64,000 nucleotides of DNA from Spirochaetia bacterium (lineage in GTDB: Bacteria; Spirochaetota; Spirochaetia; SZUA-6; Bin103): the NCBI GenBank assembly GCA_965203905.1, contig CBDBDQ010000005.1, positions 640,001-704,000 of the forward strand, in the 5' to 3' direction. Positions 27,963 to 37,605 of this stretch are shown piece by piece. Positions within the stretch are counted from its first letter, which is position 1; the number at the start of each line of letters is the position of its first letter. The notes below the pieces were generated by a model. The model searched no databases. It saw only the letters and a list, made by a program, of their open reading frames with translations, and was not told the origin of the DNA. A program made the position numbers and the translations under genes.

Positions 27963-28508
27963 CCAAGCCTCCCACGCCGGCGCCGCTTGGAAGGTGGCAC
28001 ATACTGGTCCGTTGAGATACGCTTGAGGACTCCAATGCTGAAGCGCGTTCAGGTCCGGGGCTACAAGTCGCTGGTCGGAGGTTCACCACCTGGGGCTCAT
28101 GGGTGAGGAGCTTGCCGCGTTCCTGAATACCATGAAGGCCCTGGACAAGGGCAGATTCTTGGCAGTCGAGAAGGCGCTGCAGGCATTGATGCCTCAGATC
28201 AGCGGAATCGAGCTTGAGGTAAGCGACCTTGGCGAGGTCGAGTTGCGTCTGAAGGAGGGTGGCATCGCCATACCCTCTCGGGTGCTTTCCGAGGGTGCCT
28301 TGCGAATGCTCGGACTGCTGGCGCTCACGGGCGCGAAAGACCCACCCGCTCTTGCTGTGAAACGCGCCGGTGCTTTGGGCGCACGGAAGCGTGACCGCGG
28401 GTTGGCGGCCCTTGGGCACGAGCAGGTGAGGTTCCAGATCGGCTCGGCGGTGCGGGCAGCCCCGTTCTATGGCCCGTCACGGCGCCGCGTGATACGGAAC
28501 CGTTCGTT

Positions 28509-29795
28509 TCAGCCGCGCGCTGCTGCTTGCACTTCGGCGAGAAAGCCGTGCCGGGTGAGCATGCGCAGCCAGCGCGGCGCGTTGCGCTCGACGACGAGCT
28601 TTTCGTAGTCGATGTCCGGATCGGTGTACGGCCGATCATCACGCAGTACGGCGTGGATTACTCGCAACAGCTTGTGGGCACTGGCGAGGATGGCCTTTTT
28701 GTAGCCGATGCGCCCGGCCAACATCCGGTGATGGCCGTAGAACTGCGAACTCTTGGTCCGCACCGCCCCGTGGGCGCACTCGGCCAGCGTGGCGCGCAGC
28801 GTCGGATTCCCTTTCCGCGCGCGCCCGGAGCGACGTTTGCCGGCGCTGTTGTTGTTCCCCGGGGCCACGCCGGCCCAGGGGCCGATAGAACACGCTTTGC
28901 GGAACGCCCCCAGGTCCGGCCCGATCTCGGCCAGGATGGTGCAGGCACTGCCGTAATCGATACCCGGAATCGTTTGCAGCAGCCGTAGCGAGCGTTGGTA
29001 ATCGGCCAGTACGGTCCGGATGCGCTTGTCCAGCGCCACCAGGGCGGTGTCGGCGCGGTCGACGGCCTCCATCTGCATGCCCAGCGCGAACAGCGCGAGC
29101 GGGTCGAGCGTGGCGGCCAGTGCCTGGGTCAGCGGCGCCAGCTTGGCGGCCACGTGGTGCGTCAGATTGGCCAGGATGTAACGCGGCGAGTGCCCGGCAA
29201 CCAACCCGTCGAGGATGCGCCGCCCGTTGACGCCGAAGATGTCGCTCAACACGCCGCCGAGCCGCAAGCCGTCGTGGTCAAGAGTCTTGTGGACCCGGTT
29301 GCGCGCCCGGCTGCGCTCGTCGACCAGTTTGCGGCGGTAGCGGGTCAACTGCCGCAGCTGCCGGAACAGACGTGGCGGAACGTAGCTCGGCAACGCCAGA
29401 CCAAACTGGCAGATACGCGCCAGCCACAGGCTGTCGTTGACATCCGTCTTCTTCCCGCGGATCTGCTTGACCTGCTGCGCATGGTGCAGATCGGCCTGGA
29501 TGCCCGCGTCTTCGAGCGCCTCGAACGGCGCCTTCCAGTAGACCCCGGTGCCTTCCATGGCCGCTGCCGTGACGCCGTGTCCGCACAGCCACTCGGTCAT
29601 GGCGCGCAGGCCGTCCGGCAGCGCGCTGAACTCCCGCGTAGCCGTGCGCGCCGGTCCGCTACCGGCCTCGCACAGCCGCACCGTGGCGGTGACGTGCATC
29701 TTGTGCACGTCGAGGCCGGCAGCGCGGGCACACACCACGTGCATGTCATCGGTGCACAAGGTGTCGCGGTCGCTGTCGACAGTGGTGTAACTCAT
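28509..29795 (-). CDS. IS110 DEDD recombinase/transposase
   Basis: 'GLDVHK', 'MEGTGVYW', 'KTDVNDS.WLA', 'LQTIPGI', 'WAGVAPGN..SAGK'; RBS AAGGAGG. Confidence 0.95.
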   Translation of the reverse strand: MSYTTVDSDRDTLCTDDMHVVCARAAGLDVHKMHVTATVRLCEAGSGPARTATREFSALPDGLRAMTEWLCGHGVTAAAMEGTGVYWKAPFEALEDAGIQADLHHAQQVKQIRGKKTDVNDSLWLARICQFGLALPSYVPPRLFRQLRQLTRYRRKLVDERSRARNRVHKTLDHDGLRLGGVLSDIFGVNGRRILDGLVAGHSPRYILANLTHHVAAKLAPLTQALAATLDPLALFALGMQMEAVDRADTALVALDKRIRTVLADYQRSLRLLQTIPGIDYGSACTILAEIGPDLGAFRKACSIGPWAGVAPGNNNSAGKRRSGRARKGNPTLRATLAECAHGAVRTKSSQFYGHHRMLAGRIGYKKAILASAHKLLRVIHAVLRDDRPYTDPDIDYEKLVVERNAPRWLRMLTRHGFLAEVQAAARG

Positions 29796-29812
29796 CAGCT
29801 ACCCTCCTTGAC

Positions 29813-30006
29813 GGCGGAAGCGGGCGAGCACGCCGGGTGCAGGAAACACCCGCCGCCAAGCGGGGTTCGATTTGCTGCTCGTCCACGGCCACAGGCCGGG
29901 TACGGTTCGGGGCTCGATGCCCAGCGCGCAGCGTCAGTTTGACAACGGGGAAGGGAGTCGTCTCCCGCCACCGAAAAGAGCTACGACGACTGTGCCCGCT
30001 TCCGCC
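29813..30006 (-). ncRNA. Candidate IS110 bridge/guide RNA
   Basis: In the 323-bp non-coding end; closed by perfect 13-bp IR GGCGGAAGCGGGC(29813-29825)/GCCCGCTTCCGCC(29994-30006), with several internal hairpins. RNA boundaries are inferred. Confidence 0.55.
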
Positions 30007-30418
30007 CCTTGAGGATGCCACGACACGCCTCCGCACCGAAACGCTTGAGACTCCGGGCCGACACGTCGTCCGCGTTTCATGTCGTCGGGGTGAGTGGTGC
30101 GCCGATCATGCAGGTTTGTCGGGTTCGAAGAGCCGGAGAACGGAGTCCATCCGGGACGCATCGCTTTGATCGCCGAACTGCTGAAGACCCAGGAGAGCTT
30201 CCGCAGAACCCAATACCTGATGACCACCCACTCTCCGCTTCTGCCGGATTTGCTGGAGGACCGGGCGCTCTTCGTCGTGCGTCGGACCAACAACAAGACA
30301 CAGGTCGACCCGTTCTCCACATGGGGTCCACTGGATCGCCGTTCAGGTATCGGGGAAGCGCTCGCCGACGGCGCATCGCAACTTTCCGTCTCAGAACGAA
30401 TTCTGAGAGGGGACTTTG

Positions 30419-30543
30419 ATGTATGAGATCGCGCTGTTTGGCGAAGACAACGCACATCGTCAGATCATTGACGCATTGGTACGGAAGATCGCCAATCAGC
30501 ATGGCATCACCGTCGAGTTGCGCTGGTCATACGTAAGTATCCT
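30419..30543 (+). pseudogene. Truncated TOPRIM-like partner of the ATPase
   Basis: MYEIALFGEDNAHRQII.. overlaps the ATPase stop; only about 40 codons survive, even after IS66 removal. Confidence 0.6.
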
Positions 30544-32098
30544 GTAACTATTCAGCCTGGGTGGCGGGCGTGAGGCAAGGCGGGGTCGTCGGGTGGCCGT
30601 CAAAGACGTTCGTCAGGGCTTCCAGTACGTTCAGGCCGTTCTTGCGGATGGTGGAGATATAGGATCTGGCCCGGCAGAAGGCGACAGCTCCTGCGGCGCT
30701 CCGGAACGTCCCAGATATCTTCTGCTGCACTTTCATCATCCGTAGATCTCGTTCCGCCAGGTTGTTGTCGAACGGCACCCCAAAGTCATCCATGAACGCC
30801 AACACCTGGGGCCAGCGGCCGGCCAGCCGCAGCAGCAGGTTGCGCGCTTTGCTCTGCTTCTTGCGACCGCGTTTCTTGGCGCTGCCCGGAACCTCGGGGG
30901 GCGCCGGGTTGGCCTGCAGTCCGGCGTTGATGATGCGGTGGTAGGCGGCCACATAGCGCTCCCGTACCGACTCGGGGAGCTGGCGACGCTGCTCCTGGAC
31001 TGCTGCCTCCACCGCGCCCTTGATCTCCACCAGCAACTCGATCAGGGTCGCTGCCCAGTCCTGCCCGTACTGTTCGTGGATGAAGGTCAGCTCCCGCAGA
31101 TGATGGCCGTTACACAGTCCATGGTCGCAGGGGTAACCAAAGTAGCTCTGCCAGTTATCGTGCACCGCCGTGCCGCCAAACTCGGGCAAGATGCCGATCG
31201 CCGCGAACGCTTCCCGGCCCCGCTTGGCATGTCCCTCGTAGTAGGTCAACAACTCCGTGCTCGCCACGTGCAGCCAGTGCAACTCGCCACCGATGCTCAT
31301 CCCGGTCTCATCAAAACACACCACTGGCTGAGTTCTCAGGGCAGCACGGAGTTGCTCGTTGATCCCGCTCAAGCGCTCGCCGCAGCGCTCGTTGATGGTC
31401 ACCAAGGTTCCCACGCTCACCGGGATCGAAAATAGATCCGCGAACAGCTCGGCCGTGCGCTGATACGGCAGCAACCCATAGTTGCGCAGATATGCCGCTA
31501 CCGCTTGCAGCCGCGGGCCGTACTGCACCGGCTGCGTGACTGCGGCGGGGAACTCGGCGGCGTTGAGCTGGCCGCAGTCCGGGCAGCGCTTGCGCTCCGC
31601 TCGATGCTCGCTGACCGCCACCGGCAGCGGCGGCAGATCGAACACTTGGCGGCGCTCGTAGTCTGCCACTGGCTCACCGTACAGTGAGCAGCCACACCGG
31701 CAACGCTCCACCGGGTGGATGGCAATCGTGTCCGGCTGCGCCACTTGGCGCAGTGTGGCGCCGGCATGCTCAGGCTGACCGCCCGCCCGCTTGGCGGTGG
31801 CGCGCTTGCGGCGTGATTGCTTGCGGTTCAGTTGCTTGCGTTGGAAGCTGTCGCGTGACGGTGGCTTGCCGCTGTCGTGACTGTCCTGCTTCAGTTCCTT
31901 GAGTTCCTGCTCCAGCGCCGTGATCCGTTGCTCCTGCTGCTCGATGATCCCTTCGATCAAGGCTAGCACTGCTTCCGGGCCGGCCGCGTAGACCTTGAGA
32001 ATCTCCTCCCGCGTGATCTTGAAGCTGGTGCCCACTCTCTGGCCTTCGGCCGGGAGCGCAGATTCCTTGAGCCTTTTTTCGCGGGGCTGAATAGTTAC
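30544..32098 (-). mobile_element. IS66-family element, single-ORF (ISBst12-like), 1555 bp
   Basis: Perfect 14-bp TIR GTAACTATTCAGCC / GGCTGAATAGTTAC; 8-bp TSD AGTATCCT at 30536-30543 and 32099-32106. Confidence 0.95.
30548..32035 (-). CDS. tnpC: IS66 transposase
   Basis: Coiled coil + 'DS..S.KPPS', Zn fingers 'CRCG'/'CPDCG', 'FDETG', 'VHD.W..Y', 'C.GHHLREL', 'VPFDNNLAERDLR'. Confidence 0.95.
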   Translation of the reverse strand: MGTSFKITREEILKVYAAGPEAVLALIEGIIEQQEQRITALEQELKELKQDSHDSGKPPSRDSFQRKQLNRKQSRRKRATAKRAGGQPEHAGATLRQVAQPDTIAIHPVERCRCGCSLYGEPVADYERRQVFDLPPLPVAVSEHRAERKRCPDCGQLNAAEFPAAVTQPVQYGPRLQAVAAYLRNYGLLPYQRTAELFADLFSIPVSVGTLVTINERCGERLSGINEQLRAALRTQPVVCFDETGMSIGGELHWLHVASTELLTYYEGHAKRGREAFAAIGILPEFGGTAVHDNWQSYFGYPCDHGLCNGHHLRELTFIHEQYGQDWAATLIELLVEIKGAVEAAVQEQRRQLPESVRERYVAAYHRIINAGLQANPAPPEVPGSAKKRGRKKQSKARNLLLRLAGRWPQVLAFMDDFGVPFDNNLAERDLRMMKVQQKISGTFRSAAGAVAFCRARSYISTIRKNGLNVLEALTNVFDGHPTTPPCLTPATQAE

Positions 32099-32111
32099 AG
32101 TATCCTTACCT

Positions 32112-32363
32112 ATGGACAGAGTGCTCTCAATCAGAGTCGATGAAGAGGTCGTTCAGACTCTTGATGCTCTCGCTCGCACTCTGCAAACGTCCAGGAAGCG
32201 CATCGTCGAGGACGCCATCCGGCTCTACAACGAGACGGTCGAGCAGAAGCAGGACCCGCTCGATCAATCGTTCGGCGCCTGGCGGCGGTCGGAAGCACCG
32301 GACGAGTTGCACCGCCGGATACGGGCCACCTTCGAAGACTCCATGCATCGGCTCCAGAGGTGA
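32112..32363 (+). CDS. Ribbon-helix-helix (CopG-like) antitoxin
   Basis: 'VLSIRVDEEVVQTLD.LA.....SRKRIVEDAI'; C-term 'SFGAW' typical of VapB-like proteins. Confidence 0.8.
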   Translation: MDRVLSIRVDEEVVQTLDALARTLQTSRKRIVEDAIRLYNETVEQKQDPLDQSFGAWRRSEAPDELHRRIRATFEDSMHRLQR

Positions 32364-32400
32364 GGGGCCTACGTCGATGCCGATGTCCTGAGCTGGACGA
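32360..32400 (+). pseudogene. Relic of PIN (VapC) toxin 5' end
   Basis: GTGA overlap; with one G removed reads MRAYVDADVLSW (first PIN strand); rest absent. Confidence 0.55.
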
Positions 32401-32468
32401 ACGGAGTCCACGCAGTGCGCGGTTTACCTTCGCCGACGGGCAGCGTACCCTGCACCGGCGAAACTGGC

Positions 32469-32843
32469 ATGGCTGCTGCGACCGAGTACGACTTCCCGCG
32501 CCTGTTCACCGCCGCCGAGGCACAGCGCACGCTGCCGCTGGTGCGCACCATCGTGCGTGACATTCTGGCCCTCGGGGCGCAGGCGCGCGAGGTGCTCTCC
32601 GGGCGTGCCGAGGAACCCTCTATCGAAGAGCTGCAGGATCAGCTTCAGGACCTGCTGGCCGAACTGAGCGGCATGGGCTGCTATTACAAGGACTGGAACT
32701 TCCAGATCGGCCTGGTCGACTTTCCGGCGCTGATCGACGACGAGGTGGTGTTCCTGTGCTGGCGCAGCGACGAGCCCGAGCTGCGCTACTACCACCGCAT
32801 CGAAGACGGCTACGCCGGGCGCCGGCCCCTGCCCCGCGACTGA
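32469..32843 (+). CDS. DUF2203 family protein
   Basis: 'FT..EA...LP', 'KD...GLVDFP', 'VFLCW..DE....YYH....GYAGRRPL'. Confidence 0.85.
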   Translation: MAAATEYDFPRLFTAAEAQRTLPLVRTIVRDILALGAQAREVLSGRAEEPSIEELQDQLQDLLAELSGMGCYYKDWNFQIGLVDFPALIDDEVVFLCWRSDEPELRYYHRIEDGYAGRRPLPRD

Positions 32844-32858
32844 CCGGAGCGCCGGAAT

Positions 32859-33563
32859 TCAGCGGCCGCGGGCGTCCGCGATCAGCCGCAGCGCGGTGCG
32901 GACGTTGGCGGTGATGGCCGCGTAGTCACCCGCGGCGACCAGGTCCGCGCGCACCAGGTCGCTGCCCATTCCCACGCAGCAGGCCCCGGCCGCGAACCAC
33001 TCGCGCAGATTCTCGGCGCTCAGCCGCACGCCTCCGGTGGGCATGAGCCGCGCCCACGGCATCGGGCCGAGCAGGTCCTTTATGAACGCCGGGCCGCCCA
33101 TCTTGCCGGGGAAGACCTTGACGATCTCGGCACCCCACTCCTCGGCGGCGGAGATCTCGGTGGGCGTGGCGCAGCCGGGCAGGTAGGGGATCTTGCGGCG
33201 GTTGCACAGCCGGGCCACTTCGGAGTTGAAGCTCGGGCTCACCACGAAGCGGGCGCCCGCGGCGATGAACAGCGCGGCGGTTGGCGCGTCGATCACCGAG
33301 CCGACGCCGAGACTGGCCGTGTCGCGCAGCACGGGCTGCCCGGCCAGCTCCTGGAACACCTGCAGGGCGCCGGGACCACGGTTGGTGAACTCCACCGCCG
33401 CGGCACCGCCGTCCACCAGCGCCCGCGCCACCGCGGCCGCCACCGCGGCGTCGCCGTGGTAGAACAGCGGCACCAGCCCGCTGGCCAGCACCGTGCCGTA
33501 CCACTCCAGGCGGCCTCCGGGCCGGAACCCGGCTCCGCCGGACGCCGCGGCCTGCGCCGTCAT
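32859..33563 (-). CDS. eda: KDPG/KHG aldolase
   Basis: 'EFTNR', 'LGVGSV.D', 'PGCATPTEI', 'VKVFP', 'LMPTGGV'. Confidence 0.92.
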   Translation of the reverse strand: MTAQAAASGGAGFRPGGRLEWYGTVLASGLVPLFYHGDAAVAAAVARALVDGGAAAVEFTNRGPGALQVFQELAGQPVLRDTASLGVGSVIDAPTAALFIAAGARFVVSPSFNSEVARLCNRRKIPYLPGCATPTEISAAEEWGAEIVKVFPGKMGGPAFIKDLLGPMPWARLMPTGGVRLSAENLREWFAAGACCVGMGSDLVRADLVAAGDYAAITANVRTALRLIADARGR

Positions 33564-33579
33564 CGCCGCTTCCCGCGCC

Positions 33580-35028
33580 CTACGCCGCGTTGCCGCCGTC
33601 CCCGCGGGTCGGGGTGACGCCGGGAACGGCGAAGTAGCGGGCGGCGTTGTCGTAGCAGATGTCCTGGATCACGCTGCCCAGGTGCGGGTAGTCGGCGGGC
33701 AACAACCCGCGTTCCACGTCCTCTCCGAACAGATCGCACACCAGCCGCCGAAAGTAGTCGTGGCGCGGGTAGGAGAGAAAGCTGCGCGAGTCGGTGACCA
33801 TGCCCACGAAGGCACTGATGACGCCGGAGTTGGAAAGCGCCGCCATCTGCGCCCGCATGCCGTCGGTCTGGTCGTTGAACCACCAGGCGGTGCCGAACTG
33901 CATCTTGCCGCGCACCGTGCCGTCCTGAAAGTTGCCGATCATCGACGCCATCAGGTCGTTGTCGGACGGGTTGAGGTTGTAGAGGATCGTCTTGGCCAGG
34001 CTGCCGTCGCGGTCGAGGTGATCGAGGAAGCGGGCCAGGGGGCGCGCCATGCTCTGGTCTCCCATGCTGTCGAAGCCGGTATCCGGCCCCAGCGCCGTGC
34101 CCATACGGGTGTTGAGGCCGCGCAGCGCGCCCAGGTGGTACTGCTGCGTCCAGCCGCGTCCCGCGTCCAGCACCGCCAGCTCATACAGCAGCGCCGACTG
34201 CAGCAGACGCAGCTCGGCGCGCTCCAGCGGCGTGCCTGAGCGCACCTTGGCGAACGCGGCCGCGGCCTCCGCGCCGGTAAACGGATCGGCGTAGATCTCC
34301 TCGATGCCGTGATCGGACAACCGGCAGCCCTGCTCGTGGAAGTAGCCGTGGCGCTGTTCCAGGGCGCGCAGCAGGTCGGCGTAGCTGCCTATCTCGATGC
34401 CCGCCGCCGCGCCGAGGCGGTCCAGGTAGGCGTTGTAGACGGGCGGATCGGCTGCCGCCATCGCCTTGTCGGGACGGAACGCCGGCGCCACCACCACGGA
34501 GAAGCCGGGGTCGGCAGCGATGGCGCGGTGCGAGGCCAGGTCGTCGCCGGGATCGTCGGTGGTGCACACCGCCCGCACGTCGAACGACTGCATGATGCCG
34601 CGCACCCGCAGCTCGTCGCTCGCCAGCAGCTCGTTGCAGCGGTCGTACACGGCGTCGGCATTGGCCGACGTAAGCAGCTCGTCGATGCCGAAGGGCCGCC
34701 GCAGCTCCATGTGGGTCCAGTGGTACACCGGGTTGCGCACCGTGTAGGGCACCACCTCGGCCCAGGCGTGGAACTTGGCGCGGTCGTCGGCGGAACCGGT
34801 GATGAGCTCCTCGGACACGCCCAGGGCCCGCATCACCCGCCACTTGTAGTGATCGCCGCCGAGCCAGATCTCCGTCAGGTTCGCAAACTGGTGGTTGTCC
34901 GCGATCTGCTCCGGGGGCAGGTGGCAGTGATAGTCGAAGATCGGCATCTCGCGGGCGTAATCGAAGTAGAGACGGCGGGCGGCGGGGTTGCTGAGCAGGA
35001 AGTCCTCGCCCAGGAATTCACTGGCCAT
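33580..35028 (-). CDS. uxaC: Glucuronate isomerase
   Basis: 'PIFDYHCHL', 'GDHYKWR', 'CTTDDP', 'WWFND', 'TDSRSFLSYPRH.YFRR'. Confidence 0.96.
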   Translation of the reverse strand: MASEFLGEDFLLSNPAARRLYFDYAREMPIFDYHCHLPPEQIADNHQFANLTEIWLGGDHYKWRVMRALGVSEELITGSADDRAKFHAWAEVVPYTVRNPVYHWTHMELRRPFGIDELLTSANADAVYDRCNELLASDELRVRGIMQSFDVRAVCTTDDPGDDLASHRAIAADPGFSVVVAPAFRPDKAMAAADPPVYNAYLDRLGAAAGIEIGSYADLLRALEQRHGYFHEQGCRLSDHGIEEIYADPFTGAEAAAAFAKVRSGTPLERAELRLLQSALLYELAVLDAGRGWTQQYHLGALRGLNTRMGTALGPDTGFDSMGDQSMARPLARFLDHLDRDGSLAKTILYNLNPSDNDLMASMIGNFQDGTVRGKMQFGTAWWFNDQTDGMRAQMAALSNSGVISAFVGMVTDSRSFLSYPRHDYFRRLVCDLFGEDVERGLLPADYPHLGSVIQDICYDNAARYFAVPGVTPTRGDGGNAA

Positions 35029-35149
35029 GGTGGCTGCCATTCTACGGGCGTTGTCGGAGGACCGACAAGCTCGCGCGTCGACGGAGTGGACGGCGGGCTA
35101 CGGGCTGCGGTGGAGCAGAAGCGCGTGCGCCGGTACAGTGCGACAACCG

Positions 35150-36022
35150 ATGGAGCACGCCAACCGGCTGCCGCGACTGCTGGCCGTCGACCTCGACGGC
35201 ACCCTGCTGACCCCCGACCGGCGGATCGGCGCAGGTGACGCCGACGCCTTGCGCCGATCGGTCGATGCCGGGGTCGCCGTGCTGGTGGCCACCGGACGCG
35301 GCCTGCACACCGCACGCCCGGTGCTGGAGGCATTGCCGGTGCCGGCCTACGCGGCGCTCCACAACGGCGCGCTGATGCTGGACCCTTCCGGCGCCGAGCT
35401 GTGGCGGGTGTCGATGCAGCCGCGGGCGGTGGCGGCGGCCCTGCCGCTGGTGCGCGGAGCCGGCCTGCACCCGATGCTGTACGTCGGCGTCGCCGGCGCC
35501 GGAGGCGACGACGTGACGCTGGTGCTGGAACGGGACGCCAGGGACTCCGCGTATGCGCAGGAATACCTGCGCACCAAGGGGCCCATCCTGGAACTGGTCG
35601 CGGACGTGGCGGCGGCCTGCGACCGCGGGGTGCTGGGGATCGTGAGCTTCGGGTCGCGCGACTCCGTGACCGCCGCGGCAAGCGCCGTGGCGCCGCTGAA
35701 CGGGAGCGTGGAGAGCTGGTGGAGCCCGTCAACCGGCTCCGGCGCCGACCTGTTCGAAGCGCTGGCTCCCGGTGGTGCCAAGGGTTGCACGCTGCGGCGC
35801 CTGACCGAGCGGCTGGGCTTCACGCCGGAGGAAGTGATGGCCATCGGCGACAACAACAACGACCTGGACATGCTGCGCTACGCCGGCACCGCGGTCGCCA
35901 TGGCCAACGCCACGCCCGAGGCACGTGCCGCCGCCCACTTCGTCACCACCGCCAACACCGCCGACGGCGTCGCCCACGCCCTGTGGCGCGTCGGCCTGCC
36001 GACGCGCCACAGGCAAGGCTAG
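35150..36022 (+). CDS. Cof-type HAD hydrolase
   Basis: 'DLDGTLL', 'ATGR', 'NGA', 'AIGDNNNDLDML'. Confidence 0.92.
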   Translation: MEHANRLPRLLAVDLDGTLLTPDRRIGAGDADALRRSVDAGVAVLVATGRGLHTARPVLEALPVPAYAALHNGALMLDPSGAELWRVSMQPRAVAAALPLVRGAGLHPMLYVGVAGAGGDDVTLVLERDARDSAYAQEYLRTKGPILELVADVAAACDRGVLGIVSFGSRDSVTAAASAVAPLNGSVESWWSPSTGSGADLFEALAPGGAKGCTLRRLTERLGFTPEEVMAIGDNNNDLDMLRYAGTAVAMANATPEARAAAHFVTTANTADGVAHALWRVGLPTRHRQG

Positions 36023-36152
36023 ACTGGGCGCGTATCGGCCTGTCCATACGCACCCGCGCACGGCGCTCGGACCACCTGCAGGTCCGGGCCAGGCTCAGCC
36101 GTGGCGCGGCGGCCGGGTTGCAGCAGCCGGCGGAATGCCCTACGTTGGCCGC

Positions 36153-37124
36153 ATGGCTTCCGTGCGCACGCTCCGGCCGCCCGTCGACCCACCCGTCGAG
36201 GCGGTCCCGCGCGCCCAGCCGCCGACGGCGGCCGAGTTCCCCGGCTGCCGGCCGGTCCGCCTGCCGCGGGAGGAACTCGACCACTGCGAGGTGAGATTCG
36301 AGTACTGGGACACCGCCTCCGAGACCGCCTGGATCTGCGACCCGGTCAGCTCCGACCACGAAGACCCCACGCGTTGCCTGGGGAGGTTGGCCGAGCGCAT
36401 CGCCGCGGTGCGTGGGGCGCCGGTGAAGTGCCTCGGCAGCACCGACCTGACCGAACGCGACGAGCACGGCGAGCCGCAGCTCATCATGCAGGCGGACGAG
36501 ATGGTGTACCTGCACCCGGCGCGCGCCCGGCTGCCGCGGCCGGCTCTGACGATCGGCGAGCATGACTTCCCGGACGTGGTGCTGGAAGTGGACCACACCA
36601 CCGACGTGCGGCCGCGCAAGCTGGGGCAGTATGAGGCGTGGGGGTTCCCGGAGGTGTGGGTGGAAGTGCCGGAGGCGCGCCCGTCCGGCCGTCCGCGGAG
36701 CCGGCGTTCGGCGCTGACCATCCACCTGCTGGAGGATGGAGCGTATCGGGAGGCGGCGCAGAGCCGTGCGTTTCCGGGCTGGACGGCGACGGAGATTCAC
36801 GCGGCATTGAACGAGGAAACGTTCTCCGCACGGACCAGCGCGGTGCTGGAGCGGGTGGGGGCGGTGCTCGGGGAGCGGGAAGGCACCGGCCCGGACGACG
36901 ACCCGCTGCTGGGCGCACTGCGCCGCCGGAGCCGGGCGGATGAGCGCACCGAACTGGCGCGGGCGCTGTTGGCGGCGCGCGGCATCGAGGTCTCGGCCGG
37001 ATTCCCCGGCGTGCCCGGCTTCGCCGAGTTGCCCGCCGACGCCATCGCGGAGGCCGCCACCGCCTGCGTCAGCGAGGCCGACTTCCAGCACCGTCTGCGC
37101 AGCCGCCAGGAGCCTGTACACTGA
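36153..37124 (+). CDS. Uma2 (DUF820) family endonuclease-fold protein
   Basis: 'MQADE', 'PDVVLEVDHTT', 'KL..YEAWGFPEVWV'. Confidence 0.85.
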   Translation: MASVRTLRPPVDPPVEAVPRAQPPTAAEFPGCRPVRLPREELDHCEVRFEYWDTASETAWICDPVSSDHEDPTRCLGRLAERIAAVRGAPVKCLGSTDLTERDEHGEPQLIMQADEMVYLHPARARLPRPALTIGEHDFPDVVLEVDHTTDVRPRKLGQYEAWGFPEVWVEVPEARPSGRPRSRRSALTIHLLEDGAYREAAQSRAFPGWTATEIHAALNEETFSARTSAVLERVGAVLGEREGTGPDDDPLLGALRRRSRADERTELARALLAARGIEVSAGFPGVPGFAELPADAIAEAATACVSEADFQHRLRSRQEPVH

Positions 37125-37131
37125 CGCTCCC

Positions 37132-37581
37132 ATGCTCGATCTACCGCTGATCCATCCTGACATCCTGCGCGTGCTGGGTCGTGCCGGACACGGCTCGCAG
37201 GTGCTGATCGCCGACGGCAACTACCCGTTCCGCACCACCCTGGGTCCCAACGCCGAGTTGGTGAGCCTCAACCTGGCTCCCGGCATCGTCAGCGCCAGCG
37301 ACGTGCTGGCAGCGGTGGCGGCCGCGATCCCGGTTGAGGCGGCCGCGGTGATGGCCACCGCCAAGGAAGGGCCCTACGCCATGACCGAGGACCCGCCGAT
37401 CTGGGCCGAGTTCCGCGACCTGCTGGCAGCGAACGGCTACGACGGGCCGCTGGACGAGATCGAGCGGTTCGCGTTCTACGAAGCGGGTCGCGGCGCGGAC
37501 GTGGCGCTCGCCATCGCCACCGGCGAGCAGCGCATCTACGCCAACCTGCTGCTCACCATCGGAGTCATCCAGCCCGACTGA
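37132..37581 (+). CDS. RbsD/FucU family sugar mutarotase
   Basis: 'GHGS.VLIADGNYP', 'ERFAFY', 'ATGE.R.YANLLL..GV'. Confidence 0.9.
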   Translation: MLDLPLIHPDILRVLGRAGHGSQVLIADGNYPFRTTLGPNAELVSLNLAPGIVSASDVLAAVAAAIPVEAAAVMATAKEGPYAMTEDPPIWAEFRDLLAANGYDGPLDEIERFAFYEAGRGADVALAIATGEQRIYANLLLTIGVIQPD

Positions 37582-37605
37582 CCGCGGCGCGCACCCGGAG
37601 CCGGC

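Larger units (their letters stand above)
28355..30118 (-). mobile_element. IS110-family insertion sequence (1764 bp)
   Basis: TTG at both junctions (28352-28354 and 30116-30118); removing the element restores the host frame CCC GCT CTT GTC GGG TTC GAA (PALVGFE); no TIR and no classical TSD. Confidence 0.9.
28035..30426 (+). pseudogene. AAA_21 ATPase pseudogene: internal deletion plus IS110 insertion
   Basis: MLKRVQVRGYKSL at 28035, frameshift to 'EVHHLGLMGEELAAF..LSEGALR..PPAL', IS110, then 'VGFEEPENGVHP..TTHSP' to 30426; Walker A missing. Confidence 0.88.

Noticed and set aside
28099-28608. 169-aa ORF as an independent gene
   Set aside because: Chimera of the ATPase fragment reading into the IS110 end.
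28355-30118. Junction promoter formed on IS110 circularisation
   Set aside because: TTCACA and CATGAT would be only 9 bp apart across the junction; no properly spaced pair found.
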